Shown here piece by piece: positions 39,030 through 53,399 of a DNA stretch of 64,000 bases. The translations under genes and the position numbers were made by a program. The notes under the pieces are model-generated. The model made no database searches and had not been told where the DNA came from. It worked only from the letters and a program-made list of their open reading frames with translations. Each line of letters begins with the position of its first letter. The first letter of the stretch is position 1. This stretch comes from Octopus sinensis (taxonomy: Eukaryota): the NCBI RefSeq assembly GCF_006345805.1, contig NC_043020.1:18662001-18726000 (forward strand), read 5' to 3'.

Positions 39030-39739
39030 TAGATATGTACGTTTGACTATATATTATATAAGTAAATATGTGTGTATATAGATACACACACATACATATA
39101 TATGTGCATATATATATATATATACGCACACACTCATATATATATGTCCCACCTCATACATACGCATGCCTGCACACGCGCGCACACACACAAACCCGAT
39201 TAAACCAGTGAACCATTCCCAATAGGAAGTGTATGACAATGAACCACTTCAATCAGTCAGACATCCCGACTTTTTATGAAATATCCGTCTTTCAGACACC
39301 TATACGTAGCCAAAACACATATTACACAGAAAGACACAAACACTAACACAAAACACACACACACACATACACACACACACACACACGCACACACACGTAG
39401 GTATGTATTTATTATTACAGCATCATATTTATATATATGGGTGTGTGTATGTGTGTGTGTTTGTCACAGACATACATATGTATGTATTTATATGCGTGTC
39501 AATGTACGTGTGTGTGTCTGTGTATATGTATATTTTCAGTTGTTGTTCCTCTTATGATTATTCATATGTGACTTGGTGCACACGTAATTTTTTTCCATTA
39601 CAATTTTTCCCACTCTTTTCGTTTCTTCTTTATCATCATTATCATCATTTATTATATTATTATTATTATTATTATTATTATTTTATTATTATTATTATTA
39701 TTATTATTTTTCTTCTTTTTCTTCTTTCTTCTTATTATT

Positions 39740-39808
<69 letters not shown>

Positions 39809-40299
39809 ATCATCATCATCCCCTCTCACCTTACGAAATCGGAAATGATTATGCATGCCTGGGGGCTGAGGCCGGGATCGCGCTTATGAAAATATGTGCT
39901 CACTTTTAGTGAAAGTCCTTTCCCGCCTTATTTTTATTACCTATTTATTTATTTATTTATTTATTCATTTATTTATTTCTTTTGTGAAAGCAAACCCTGC
40001 ACCACAAGTTTAGTTAGTGCATGCAAAAGCGATGGTATGCTGTTTAACCCAAGGTCCGATACTCTTCCAGCAAACTTGTGAGAAAATGTGTTCCAACCGT
40101 AACCTTCCTGTCATGTGCTTTTGTAAAAAGAAACTTTGGACTACGACATTTCAATGCATTCGTTACCATAATCATTTTTCGGACGGGAGGATGTGAATTT
40201 GCTATTTTTAGCTGACCAAACGATCACGTAGGCATGGTGTGGTTCTGCATGACGCTGTGTTGATGTGGTGACGTATTACATGATAACTGAGATACGTTA

Positions 40300-40690
40300 A
40301 TTGGTGGTTTCAAATTATGGCACAAGGCTAGAAATTTGCGGAGTCGATTATAGAAGGCACAGAACTCAACTGACCTCGAAAGAATGAAAGGCAAAGTTGA
40401 CCTCGGTTAAGTATTTTGCCCGACGTCCTAACGATTCTGCCAGCCTTACGCTTATTCTTTTACTTGTTTTAGTCACTTGACTGTGGCCATGCTGGGGCAC
40501 TACCTTCAAGGGTTTTAGTCGAACAAATCGATCCCAGGACTTATTCTTTTGTAAACCTAGCACTTATTCCATCGGCCTCTTATGCTGCGCCGATAAGTTA
40601 TGGGAACGTAAGCACAGACACCAGGGCACAAACACACACACACACTCACACACACAAACACACACTCACACGCACACATACACACACACA

Positions 40691-40729
<39 letters not shown>

Positions 40730-40877
40730 ATACATACATATACATTTACGACGAGCTTCTTTCGGTTTCTATCTACCAAATCCACTCATGGTAGAAGATA
40801 CTTGCCCAAGATGCTACGCAGTAGGACTGAAACCCGAGCCATGTAGTTGGGAAGCAAGCTTCTTACCACACAGCCAC
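40300..40877 (-). mobile_element. SINE A (40300-40450) followed by SINE B (40452-40877)
   Basis: Reverse-complement matches to both family consensi seen elsewhere in the window. Confidence 0.8.
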
Positions 40878-41096
40878 AGACTTGTTAATATTCATGCTGA
40901 TGTTTAGCCACAGGTCATCTCTCATCGACCAGAAATGATCAAAGGCAATCCAGCCAGACCTGGCCATCCCGCAGCTGTGTGGTTTTCCACCGTGTGTCCT
41001 TGGGTTCATTTTCCATAACATAGTACCTTAGGCGTCTTCTACTTTAGCCTCGACCTTGTAAGTGGATTTGGTAGGCAGAAATGCCCGTAGTATATA

Positions 41097-41137
<41 letters not shown>

Positions 41138-41882
41138 TGCACACACACAAGTACACACATAGGTGCAAATCAAGGTCAGTTTATTCAAGTGGTGCCCCAG
41201 CATGGCCGCACTCCGATGGCTGAGACTACTAAAAATTATTAAAATGTGTAAAGTTTCCCTTTCCTGTTTTGTAAATAACGATAGGGTGTGATCTGAGCGC
41301 GAATTGACTGCTATTTCTAGTTTGTGAACTGACTCCGTAAAAACCCCCACGTGGACTCATGAACGATTTAAAGGTCTGGGGCTGGTGTGTTGATATGGCA
41401 GTTTCGTGTAATGTATTAGCTTAAGATTAGTGAATGTTGTGGTGGTATAGAATGAAGTGGACTGGTGGTAGTCGGGGAGGAGATAATGTGATAGGGTTGT
41501 TTATGTTGGGGTGGTGGGAGTGGTGTATTGATGTGATGATGGAAGGGATGTTGAAGTGGTGGTGGTGGTGGTGGTGATGGTCTTGGTAGGACGATAGTGA
41601 TGGTTGTGGCGGTGGTACTGCTGGTTGTGGTAGTGGCTATGGTGGTGGTTGTGGTGGTGGTGTTGGTGTTGGTGGTGTGTATTGCGAGGTGAAAACGTTG
41701 GTGTGTGGGTATTTTCAGTATTTCTTTCCGGGTAAATTAGAATTTCTTTCTACAACTGTTAGCTTCTGCAAACCTTCAAAATACGCGTGGGCGGGTTGGA
41801 CAGACACACGTGTACATACACAAATAAACTCACGCACTTACACAGAGCAAACTCACAGTCAACGACGGGCACGAATATATAT

Positions 41883-41921
<39 letters not shown>

Positions 41922-41981
41922 GACATGTATGTATATATATATATACTATATATATATATATATATATATATGCATATAAGG

Positions 41982-42298
41982 AGCACTTCGTCGGTTACGA
42001 CAACGAGAGTCCCAGCAGATATGATCAACGGAACAGCTTGCTCATGAAATTAACGTGTAAGTGGCTGAGCTCTCCACAGACACGTGTACCCTTAACGTAG
42101 TTCTCAGGGAGATTCAACGAGATAAAAAGTGTGACAAGGCTGGTTCTTTGAAATACAGGTACAACTCATTTTTACCAGCTGAGTGAACTGGAGCAACGTG
42201 GGATAAAGTGTCTTGCTCAAGGACACAACACGCGCCGGGAATTGAAATCTCGACCTTATGATCGTGAGCTGAATGCTCTAACCACTAAGCCACGCGCC
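41982..42298 (-). mobile_element. tRNA-derived SINE family C, full length
   Basis: Reverse complement GGCGCGTGGCTTAGTGGTTAGAGCATTC..GAGATTTCAATTCCCGG..CCTTGAGCAAGACACTT. Confidence 0.88.
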
Positions 42299-42336
42299 TT
42301 CACACACACGCGCGCGCGCGCGCGCATAAAGTATAC

Positions 42337-42714
42337 AGAAAATGGAGAAGTATTTATCAACAACAATTGACTTACATCAATTATCATTTTTTAAATTCAA
42401 TTCAAATAGACTACATCTCATCTAACAGCTTTTTCTGCTTCCAATGTTACATGGTATTGCCATTGATATGCTAAAAAATAGTATTCATCATAGGTGGTAA
42501 TAAAACAAATCTGGAACATGGAGTTTCATCACAGTGGGCTTCATTATTTTATTACCAAATAGGATGAATATTATTTTTTAGCATATCAAAGGGAATACCA
42601 TGTAACATTGGAAGCAGAAACAGCTGTTAGATAGGAAGCAGTCTATTTGTATTGAATTAAAAAATAATAATTGATGTAAGTCAATTGTTGTTCATCAATA
42701 TTTCTCCATTTTCT
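42337..42714. mobile_element. Large foldback/MITE (~170-bp arms, ~40-bp spacer)
   Basis: AGAAAATGGAGAA..GTAATAAAA pairs with TTTTATTAC..TTCTCCATTTTCT. Confidence 0.85.
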
Positions 42715-42719
42715 CCATT

Positions 42720-42848
42720 TTCGACCAAATCTACTCACGAGGGTTTGATTGGCTTGAGTCTACAGTAGGAGATATTTACCTAAGGTGACCATGCAGTCGC
42801 ACTGAACCCGGATCCATGCGACTGGGACGCAAGCTTCTTACCACACAG
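42720..42848 (-). mobile_element. SINE family B 5' half
   Basis: ACTGAACCCGGATCCATG..GCAAGCTTCTTACCACACAG. Confidence 0.75.
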
Positions 42849-42863
42849 TTCATATATGTATAT

Positions 42864-42938
<75 letters not shown>

Positions 42939-42973
42939 TACATACACACACAAACACACACACACATACACAC

Positions 42974-43023
<50 letters not shown>

Positions 43024-43024
43024 T

Positions 43025-43081
<57 letters not shown>

Positions 43082-43331
43082 GAACATACTTACATACTTA
43101 CATACACACAAATGCACTTATTGTCTAGTCATACACGTACACACAGATGGACATAAACATATATTGATAGGTATACAGAGGCATATACATATACACATGC
43201 AAACTCAGGGATTGACATACAGAGCGATCGACTGACTGATAGAGAGAGATTCACAAACACACGGAGAGACATACAAAACTAGAAGCAGTCGTATACATAT
43301 ACTTACACATAACTACAACCACGCGTACGCA

Positions 43332-43371
<40 letters not shown>

Positions 43372-43373
43372 TA

Positions 43374-43567
43374 TACGAGGGGGTGCTGAAAAGTTCCTGG
43401 CTTTAAGGGTATCGTGGTAGGTCTTCCGAGTTCTTAGAAATACTGAAGGACTGATGCATTAAGTGTGTGAGTCTGAGAGGGGAAATATGTTGAATAAAAT
43501 CATAATCCACTGATCCTCCCCTATTTTCTTTTACACAAACCCAGGATCTTTTCAGCACCTCTTCGTA
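43374..43567. mobile_element. Mariner-derived MITE
   Basis: TIRs TACGAGGGGGTGCTGAAAAGTTCCTGG / CCAGGATCTTTTCAGCACCTCTTCGTA with TA ends. Confidence 0.88.
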
Positions 43568-43586
43568 TACACCCACACTCATACAC

Positions 43587-43617
<31 letters not shown>

Positions 43618-43672
43618 CGTATACATGATGCATCTATCTATCAATCAATCTATCTCTCTCTCCCTCATATAC

Positions 43673-43703
<31 letters not shown>

Positions 43704-44017
43704 ATATATATTATATAGATAGATAGATAGATATATATATAGAGAGAGATAGATAGATAGATAAGTTCTTTATTGGCCACACAGGGCTGTACACAGATGG
43801 GACAAGTTACAAGGTAGAGCTTTTCTTTTGGAGGAGAAAAAAAAAGGTGGCGTAGGTTTTCGATCAAAAGGGATCGTAAAAGGGAAAAAAGAACAAAAAA
43901 AAGAAAAAAAGAAAAGAAAGGAAAAGAAAAACAAGAAAAAAGAGGGAAAAAAAGGGAAAAGAAGATAGATAGATAGATAGATAGAAAGAGAGACAGACAG
44001 ATAGATAGGTAGGTAAG

Positions 44018-44122
<105 letters not shown>

Positions 44123-44712
44123 CATACATACATACATACATACATACATACATACATACATACATACATACATACACGCATATATACCTACACATATACG
44201 CACGTACACACAAACAGAGAGACAAATAGATTTGATGATGCAAACCATTTTCCCAAATAAAGGTAACATTTCTCTTGGTGGGTTTATAAATATTTTTTGT
44301 TGATTAAAAATATCTTTTAAAAAATTTTCCTGTAATTGATTTTATATTTCTGTCTTGCTGATCACCACCCTCCTCCCCCTCCTCTTTCTCCTCTCCGTCA
44401 TCATCATTATCATCGTCATCATCACCATCATTATCATGACCACCATCATCACCATCATCAGCAACAACAACCACGTCCGTAGTGAAGAGTAAATTTGCCT
44501 CCGACGTCGGAAAGTTGACTCAATGTCGCCAAGTGTAATCCTTGGAAATGTCAATTGTGTGTGTGTATGTATGTGTGTGTGTGTGTGCGCGTGTGTAAGT
44601 GTTTATTTGACTGTGCGTGCGTGCGTGTGTGCATCAGTAATACACGCACACAAACGCACACACATATATACATGTGTAGATTTCCATATATACATATGTA
44701 TCTATACATATG

Positions 44713-44798
<86 letters not shown>

Positions 44799-44821
44799 TT
44801 ATTTATGTATATATACATACG

Positions 44822-44855
<34 letters not shown>

Positions 44856-45028
44856 ATATATATACATATGCATACATATAAACACACACAGACACATACA
44901 TATATATGTGTATGCATATATACATGCATACATATACATATATAGATATATTTATACAAATAAATACATACATATACAAATATGTTCGTGTGTGTGTACA
45001 CAGAGAGAGAAATGTAGAAAGAAAAATA

Positions 45029-45078
<50 letters not shown>

Positions 45079-45384
45079 GAATCAGATAGACAGACAGAGA
45101 AATACAGAGGCAGTCAGACTGGCAGACAGACCGCCAGGCAGGTGTAGTTTAAAAGAAATTTTTAAAAAAATGTTCAATCTTTGTGATGAGTTTGTTTTCT
45201 TGAGATCGATAAATCGGTGTATAATTATAACAATAATATAGTACTGAATAGAAATGGAAAGGTTGTTATTGTAGAAAACAATAAACTTTAGCAGAACACT
45301 ACTAGATCAGTAGAGTAGTATGGCAGTATTGTAGTATAGCTGTGCTGTACTATAGCTCTTTAATACTATGTCAGTGGGGTAGTA

Positions 45385-45826
45385 CGGTAATTGACAAGTG
45401 TAGTAATAAGGGTTTCGAATTTTGGCACAATGCTAGTAATTAGGCCCAAGTCGATTACATCGCTCAAATGATACTAATTTTATCGACCCCCGAAAGGAAG
45501 ACAGGAAAAGTGGAACTTGGCGGAATTTGAAATCAGAACGTCATGACGGTCGAAATGCTATTAAGCATTCCGTCCGGTGTGCTAACAATTTTGCCAGTTC
45601 TCCGTCTTTCACCTCATTAATACTCCTATCTATTATACGCACAATGCCAGCAATTGTGGGGTAGGGAACATGTCGATAACCCCCAGTGCCCAACTGGTAC
45701 CGATTTTATCGGTAAAGAAAACAAAGTTGATCTCGGTGGAATTTGAACTCAGAATGTAAAGACGAATGAAATGCTTCTAAGCATTTTTTCCCGGTGTGCT
45801 AACAGTTCAGCCAGCTCGCCGCCTCA
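45385..45826 (-). mobile_element. Two tandem SINE family A copies
   Basis: GGAATTTGAA(A/C)TCAGAA and GCCAG(C/T)TCGCCG motifs occur twice. Confidence 0.78.
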
Positions 45827-45879
45827 ACAGCAGTTTAGGAATCATAGCAGTAGAATTATATAGTTGCAAAGGTATAGAT

Positions 45880-46270
45880 TATGATGATGATAATGATAAT
45901 GCTGATGATGATGATGACGATGATGACAATGATGACGACGATGATGATGACGATGATGATGATGATGATGAGGGTGGTGAGAATGATGATGACGGTGGTG
46001 TTGTTGGTGATGATGAATACGACAAGGATGATGGGGATGATGGTCGTTGTAGTCTCAGTGGTAGTAGATGATGATGGTGGTGGTGGTGGTGGTGACGTGG
46101 ACGACAACGACGACGATGAAAATGATGACAATGGTGATGATGATGATGATGATGATGATGGCAGGAAGGAAACTGATCGAGGCGAAGATGCTGAAGACGA
46201 TGCTGAAGAAGCAGACAGGAAAGAGAGTGATGACGAGGATAACAGTGACGACGACGACGACGACGTCGGT
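45880..46270. repeat. (GAT/GAC/GGT)n low-complexity tract
   Basis: Direct inspection. Confidence 0.9.
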
Positions 46271-47229
46271 GAAGTATGTTATGAAGTTATGAAGCCACCC
46301 TGCACCCGTTCAATAAATTATTGATATTTCGCGTACACAAAAGGTATCAAATATTGATATCTCTCTCTATTCCTCTACTTTTTTCTCTCTGTCTCTCCCT
46401 CTCTCTCCCCCCCTCTCTCTCTTTTTTTCTCTCTCTCCACACGTCTCATTTCTTTTTACCTTTCATTTTGCCCTAAACACGTTTACATTAACGAATGACC
46501 CAGTGATCCAACTTATGTCACCGAACCATTACACTTTCCATCATTTTCCTGCTCTCTAAGTTCCTCCCAACCTCGATTTCCCCTTCCAACCACACCGTTG
46601 ATTGAGGCGACATCTATGTTGATGTCATTACTTGTTTTTCACGTTCATCTCCCGTCACCATGACCTGACACTTTCAATACTTCATTTCCATGTTATTATT
46701 TACTTCATGCATGTAGTTTTCTTGTGTTACTCAATAATTCACCTCTAGAACCAAGGAATTAAAAACGTGAAATCTTTCTCGGCGGAAATTGAACTCAGAA
46801 CGTACAGGTATATTACTAAATAGCACCGAATAAAAACAAATAGATGACCTTCATTAGAGTAGTGCAACTAATACGACACAAAGCAGACAGCATGAAAAAT
46901 AGGCGGACAATACACACTTAAACTCACACATACCTACACATACATTCATACACATACATTCATACACACACACACAAATACACACTCACATACACATATG
47001 CATACATATATTAGATAGATTAGACAGATAGATTAACGTAGAAAACGTAAAAGCCAGGCATTCGAAAAGCATTTGAGTTGAGAAGAGTAACATAGTGTAG
47101 AATAGTTTTGATAAAAAGTTGAAGTCCCTTACAGCTCTTTCTAAAATATTATGATCCACAAGCTTGGCATGTGGATCATAATGTTGAATAAGGATTCCAC
47201 ATAAGCTTAGTATTCCATCATAAGAGAGA

Positions 47230-47284
<55 letters not shown>

Positions 47285-47583
47285 CACAAAATATAGAAAT
47301 GAGGAATACCCCAAATGAGGATATAACATCTTTCCAGTTCGCCGAGAGAAGAAGGAATGTATCAGGAACATCCATGTTAAAAAAAGCTACATATTTTGCT
47401 TATTCATTTTCTATTTTAATCTGTATCCACTCGCTCAAGGAGAGACCACTTATAGCCACCTTTGATAGCCATTTTCAGAAGCACGTTTCTCAGTTGCAGT
47501 TGAAGCTGCAGTTTTAGTGGGGGAACAAACTGAGCACTTATAATACATACCTGTCACATTACAGCAGTTGACGAAAACTCCTA

Positions 47584-47646
<63 letters not shown>

Positions 47647-47813
47647 TATATATATATAACTGCCAACCGAGTGTGGCGTCCTATACGGGACAGTGCTACT
47701 GAGTTTATAGCCCCAAGAAGACATCTCTTCCAGTTGGCTAACGACATATTCTGTGTCTGATTAGTATTTGCGGGGGGGGGGGGGTATCACTCCAGTCTCT
47801 AGCCTTACGTGAT

Positions 47814-47860
47814 ACACACGGACTCGAGCTTCTGGGTGGTTACCTGTCCTCAGCGTGTGT
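47814..47860 (-). ncRNA. Hammerhead motif, paralog of HHR-1 (HHR-1b)
   Basis: ACACACG-CTGAGGA-CAGGT aacc ACCCA-GAAG-CTCGAG-TC-CGTGTGT; A15.1 replaced by G. Confidence 0.7.
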
Positions 47861-47923
47861 TAAACACCAACTAGTGATGAAAACTCCGAAGCTCCTTCAT
47901 TGGAATTTCAACATCAACAACAA

Positions 47924-48102
47924 TGTATGTATGTATGTATGTATGTATGTATGTATGTATGTATGTATGTATGTATGTATGTATGTATGTATGTATGTAT
48001 GTGTGCATGTATGTATGTATGTACGTATGTACGTACGTATGTATGTATGTATGTATGTATGTATGTATGTATGTATGTATGTATGTATGTATGTATGTAT
48101 GT
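47924..48102. repeat. (TATG)n microsatellite
   Basis: Direct inspection. Confidence 0.95.
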
Positions 48103-49074
48103 AGGCGTGCGTGCATATGTGTATTCTTGTGCGCGTATGTCAATGGAAATTTAGTAATATTTCTAACTTTGGCTTGCATTATTGTTTTAGTGTCAAATCG
48201 ACTTTGAACAAACACATTTTATAATCATTCACATTCCATCCATGAGTATTTTGTCATCTATCTTCGACCCTTCGAAAGACCGTCAAGTCTGATATGAGCA
48301 AGAATTTGTTATTTTTTCAACAAGATCGACCAATCGCATCGCTGTCCTGAGGGTTAACCTGAAAAGTCGCATCCTTGACCAACTTGTTTTTTTTCTTCCT
48401 GAGCTTTTGTTTCATTCCTAAAATTCTCTATTAAGACATGGGACTCTTGTTTATTGTCTAGATTGATTGAAAGAAGAAGTCGATACTAGTCATTTGTATT
48501 CACTATACAGAGATAAAGCAATAGACAGCTAACATGCTGACGGCCAATTTTCGGCAGAATTCTGCTTTAAACACTCCGTGTAACCCCTTGTAACTGTTTT
48601 ATGTTTTTAACACGCGGTAATTCATACGATTAAACCCACCACCATAATAAATACATAAATCTTCGAATTTACAATATGGACAGTCCGAATGTTTTGCTTA
48701 AATCCCAGCAATGGACCACTCTCGGGTGTATCATCATTCCATTAAATGTGTTTCGTGGAGAAAATATTAAAAAACATCAATATATGTCAGTGATAAAGAA
48801 ACGAGGAATGGATCAGGTGGTCGTGAGATGTGCTAAGAATAACAGCTAAACCGTCATTAGATCACACAAATTTTTTTTGCATAATCGTATGAATTCCCGT
48901 GTGTAGAACACAAACTCGCAAAACGTTTCTAAAAACTTCAAACAATTAACAAGTTACGCGTGGTTATGTGAGTTGCTTAAATCAGAATTCCGTCCACTTT
49001 TCAATTCAGAACAGGAATTTTCATTTCATGATCATCTGTACCTTCTACAGGTTCTCTTAAACTCGCAAAATCAT

Positions 49075-49265
49075 TAGCATGCTGAAGAAAATGCTTAGCG
49101 GCATTTCGCCCGCTTTTACGTTCTGGGTTCATATTCCGTTGAGGTCGACGTTACCTCTCATCTTTTCGGGGTCGAAGAAATAAGTACCGACTCAACAGTG
49201 GAATCGATGTAATCGATGAACCCCCTCCCCCACATTTTAGGCCTTGTGCCTACAGCAGAAAGGAT
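49075..49265 (+). mobile_element. SINE family A with (ATT)n tail
   Basis: AAAATGCTTAGCGGCATTTCG..GAGGTCGAC..GAAAGGATTATT. Confidence 0.8.
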
Positions 49266-49285
49266 TATTATTATTATTATTATTG

Positions 49286-49594
49286 AGTGAGAGAGCAGTT
49301 CATGCCATCAAAGTGACACTGGGGTAAAATATACGAAGCCCAATATACCCATCATGACTACCCGTCTGATAAAGGTACACCAGGCACATGCATCACAACC
49401 ATATGTGCGCGACATGGTGATCTCATATCAAGATAAACAGCACATGACCTTGCAGGTGGGGTCCAGTTAGAATTTTCTTCAGGTTGAGTAGCCCATCCCG
49501 CTCAAACGGTCCCTGAATAAGGGTTGTTTAAGGATGTTGAAAGAACCACCCATGTTTCCAGAGGTGAACTATTCAAACCCCAAAGAATCCCTCT
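49286..49594 (-). mobile_element. Unclassified non-coding insertion between two (TAT/ATT)n tracts
   Basis: Higher-GC block bounded by TAA-type repeats like the LINE copies; no ORF recognised. Confidence 0.45.
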
Positions 49595-49620
49595 ATTATT
49601 ATATTTATTATTATTATATC

Positions 49621-49666
<46 letters not shown>

Positions 49667-49712
49667 GTTGTTGTTGTTGTTGTTGTTGTTGCTGCTGTTG
49701 CTGTTGTTGTTT

Positions 49713-49767
<55 letters not shown>

Positions 49768-50589
49768 GGTGGTGGTGGTGGTTGTGGTGGTGGTGGTGGT
49801 GGTGGTGGTGCTTGCAAAAAGTGTATGTCTTTTCAGAGCTTGTGGGTTTACAGTTGGACTTTGTTGTTGTCAAAATCAACCAGCACTCTGAAGCAAGTGG
49901 GTTTCCTTAAATTTTCATGAATTCTGGACAAAATCTCTGTTTTACTTCCTAAAGTCTATCCATCTTGAAAAAATAATAAATAAATAACAAAACGTGACGT
50001 CGAATTTTCGGTAAATAGTTAAGGGAGTGAAATCATTGATTGGAAGAGCTGTTTTCTGACACCGTCCCCACCAACATTTACAGCAAAATACCACCATCTG
50101 CACCGTCACCAATGCTAAATGCAACATCAACAACATGGCAGAAGAATAGAACAACTGCAACAAGCCGGAAAATGAAAACAACAAAAACAAGACTGAGACT
50201 GTAGAAAAGCACAAAACTGTCTAATTGTCTATTTAACACATCTACACGTTCCATCTTCACCAACGCCATTAGCGCCAACGCAAAATATAAATGGCAACTT
50301 GTAAATTTAGCGTTGGCGGATTCAATGACACGGTCCGCAAAATAGAGGAAGAAATAATGTTATCTTAGAACATATTAATGTGGTCTGAAAGTCAACATTC
50401 CGGAATCTATTGAGCAGTAAACAAACATCAGAATGTAAAATCTTGTTACAAAAAGTAGAGAGATAGAGCAAGCGACACAACTGTGGAATAGTCCATTGCT
50501 TCAGATCGATCTGGGGCGGTCAAAACATAGGCCAGAGGAAAAAGTACGGCACGGTAGAGGAGAGAGTTCCTACGGAGGATGAGGCCAAG

Positions 50590-51340
50590 ATGCAATCCAT
50601 AACAAAGGTAAGGAGTGACGAAATTATTCTCAAGACAATATACGGTGACCGTAGGATACTTAAAATAAAGATAGTCAAAGTGCCATTAGACAGAAACGTT
50701 TACTGGTTTGTGGAAGCTGTCGTTTTTGATATAGAAGACAAAACCAATATTCTAAAGTTAGAAAGACTTCGAAAACAAAATGGGTCAGGCCAGGGGATGG
50801 ATTTAAAGGGATCACCGAAGCAAGGAATCAATCCCGTAAGTCATCAGTCTACCGAACGGCAGAAAAGTACACGGGGCCATTGATGGCAGAAGGCCGACGT
50901 ATCACTTGTGTGGTGACATAAATCACGTCAAATTTGTCTACAGCAAAAAAGGAAAGACCACCACTTCTGCGTATACCATCAACAAAAAGGGCAATAACAC
51001 CAGCAAAACATCAGCCCCTTCAGCAGCAGCAGGCAGTCACTATAGTATCAACGGCAGTAAGAGTAAAACAAACGGCCGCAAAAACAGCAGCAACAGCAGG
51101 AGCAACAACATCAGCAGTAATAGTAACTGCGGCAACTACAGCAACGAAAGCCACAACAACCGCAATAACAACAGTGGAAGCAATAGAAATATACGCCATT
51201 ACAACATCCCAGACAGCAGTAACAATATCAGCAACAGAAACAGCCCAAAGCAACTACAAACCTCGCTGCCAAGATGTGCCCCGACGCACACCACACATGC
51301 TGTGTGTGATGAAGGTGAGGAGGAGGACATTAAATGTTAA
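50590..51340 (+). mobile_element. LINE ORF1/gag-like remnant, second copy
   Basis: LERLRKQN shared with the 24.7-kb copy; DGRRPT-YHLCGDINHVKFVY knuckle with both outer Cys changed to Tyr; Thr/Ser/Asn-rich tail. Confidence 0.62.
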
Positions 51341-52224
51341 TCAATAACAAATGATAATTGATAGGAGAAGGGATGCAAAAGCTTCGCAAACCTACTTCCT
51401 ATTTAGACATGTACCGACTGGATTTCCGGTTGCGTCAATGTGGAAATGGACAAAGCATATCGAGTCAACCAGATCTTAGCTAGAAAGAGTATTCTGTAGG
51501 TCAGCAGCCAAGGATTGCATTCGTTGTCCACTCTGTAAAGTGTTCGACTCCAATTTGTGAGCTGTACGGTCGTCCGAGTTAGACTTTGTAGGCAGGGACC
51601 CAGTTACTGTAAGTTGAATGCGTCGTTTCCAGCACGCCAAGTTTATGGACAGGATTAACGAATTGGTTAATCGGGTGTTGATAGGGAAATTGTCAACAAC
51701 AAATTGTGCTGCCATAAAAAAAGGGCGGTTAGAGTAGTATCAATTGGGTTTAGTAAGGCTGTGGCGATTGAAAAAATAGAATAGAGGGAGACTTAGAAAC
51801 TTATAACAGGCGTGTAAGAAATGCTCGCAACCGACATGCACGCAGCGACATTGGGATTTAACTTATTCTTCAAAGCGAAGTACGAAGGCTGCATTGCCGG
51901 AGCTAAGGTACTTTCTATAAGACCCAAGGGGACGAAAGCTGCTCGATGGGCAACGTGAAAACAAAGACACAATTCGATCTTTGGTGGACTATAATGAGCG
52001 CATGCTACACGAGCCCAAGCAGATGTGTACGGCATTTTAGCTGGTACCTGCAGGATGGCGAGAACAGATTGGAGAGATGTACCTCTGAGCGCTATCCTTG
52101 GCTGTCGGGTGACCCAAAATCTGTGAGTTTCCTTTGTTACTACTTTGTGGTAGTCCATCCCTGTTAGAGAATTCTGTTATAGTTTCTTGTTAGTTGTCTT
52201 TATTGCTTACGCGTGTGGCAGCGA

Positions 52225-52590
52225 GCCATGTAAAATCAATGGCATGCCGGACAAAATGCTTAGCGATATCTGAGTTCAAATACGGCTGAAGTCGACTTTG
52301 CATTTCATTCTTTCGAGGTCAATATAATAAAAACTAATTGAACACAACTGTTGTTGTAATCGACCAGCCCCGTCCCGATAAAATTGCTGACCGTGTTGTG
52401 AGACTTGAAACCATTACTTTAAGGAATCGTGGTGGTTGAATCGTTAGTACATCGGACAAAATGCTTAGTAGCATTTCTTCCGACTCGTTACTTTCATAGT
52501 TCAAAAATCCACCGGCGTTGACTTTACCTTTCATTCTTCAGGGTCGATAAAATAAAGTACTAGAATGAATGTAATTGATGACTCTCCTCT
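52225..52590 (+). mobile_element. Two degenerate SINE family A copies
   Basis: CGGACAAAATGCTTAG..GTTCAAA..GACTTT(G/A)C occurs twice. Confidence 0.68.
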
Positions 52591-52629
52591 TTTGACAAAG
52601 AAACTAATATATATATATATTATATATAT

Positions 52630-52664
<35 letters not shown>

Positions 52665-52844
52665 TAGTAAGATAGCAGGGTAACGCCGCTAGTAGGATAC
52701 GTAGGGAGGGAGATGAGCTAAAGTAAGAACATGAAGTAAAACAGAGTAAAATACAAGAAAATAAAATGCAATAAATTAATATGAAACAAAAAAAAAACGG
52801 CAGAAGAGTTCGAGGAGGTTTAATTTTCTATAATAGGTCGGTGG

Positions 52845-53068
52845 ATAGGGTGTTGAACTCATGATCGTAAGGTCGTGGTTTCGATTCCTGGACCGGGCGA
52901 TGCATTGTGTTCTTGAGCAAAACACTTCATTTCACGTTGCTCCAGTCTACTCAGCTGGCAAAAATGAGTAATCCTGCAACGGACTGGCGTCCTGTCCAGA
53001 TGAGGAATTTCTATGCCACTGAAACCGGGAAACCGGCCCTTATGAGCCTGGCATGGCTCGAGAAGGAA
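52845..53068 (+). mobile_element. SINE family C variant with V-domain-like 3' part
   Basis: GGTTTCGATTCC B-box-like; CTTGAGCAAAACACTT; CCTGCAACGGACTGGCGTCCTGTCCAG. Confidence 0.8.
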
Positions 53069-53399
53069 AATTTTTAAATGGCGGTGCCCCAGCAAGGCCA
53101 CATCTCATGAGCTGAAACTAGATGAAATAAGATGTAAAAGCTTTAACGGTTCGTCTATATTAAAGCTTGAAGGTTTAAGGATGTATAAAAGGTTTATGGA
53201 TATCGAAATAAGTATAAAAGTACATAGGTAGATAAGTGAAGGACAAGCAGTCAGACGGGTCGATAGCTAGATGGACAGACAGATAGACTAATCGATAGAT
53301 AGATAGATAGATAGTACGGTAGATATATAGAAAGTTAGATAGTTTGCCCTACATATGGTATATATGGTGGTTGATCGGGGGTATGATCTCTAGAGAGTG

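Noticed and set aside
49810-49910. Possible short exon next to a microsatellite
   Set aside because: Splice sites are ambiguous on both strands and no partner exons were found
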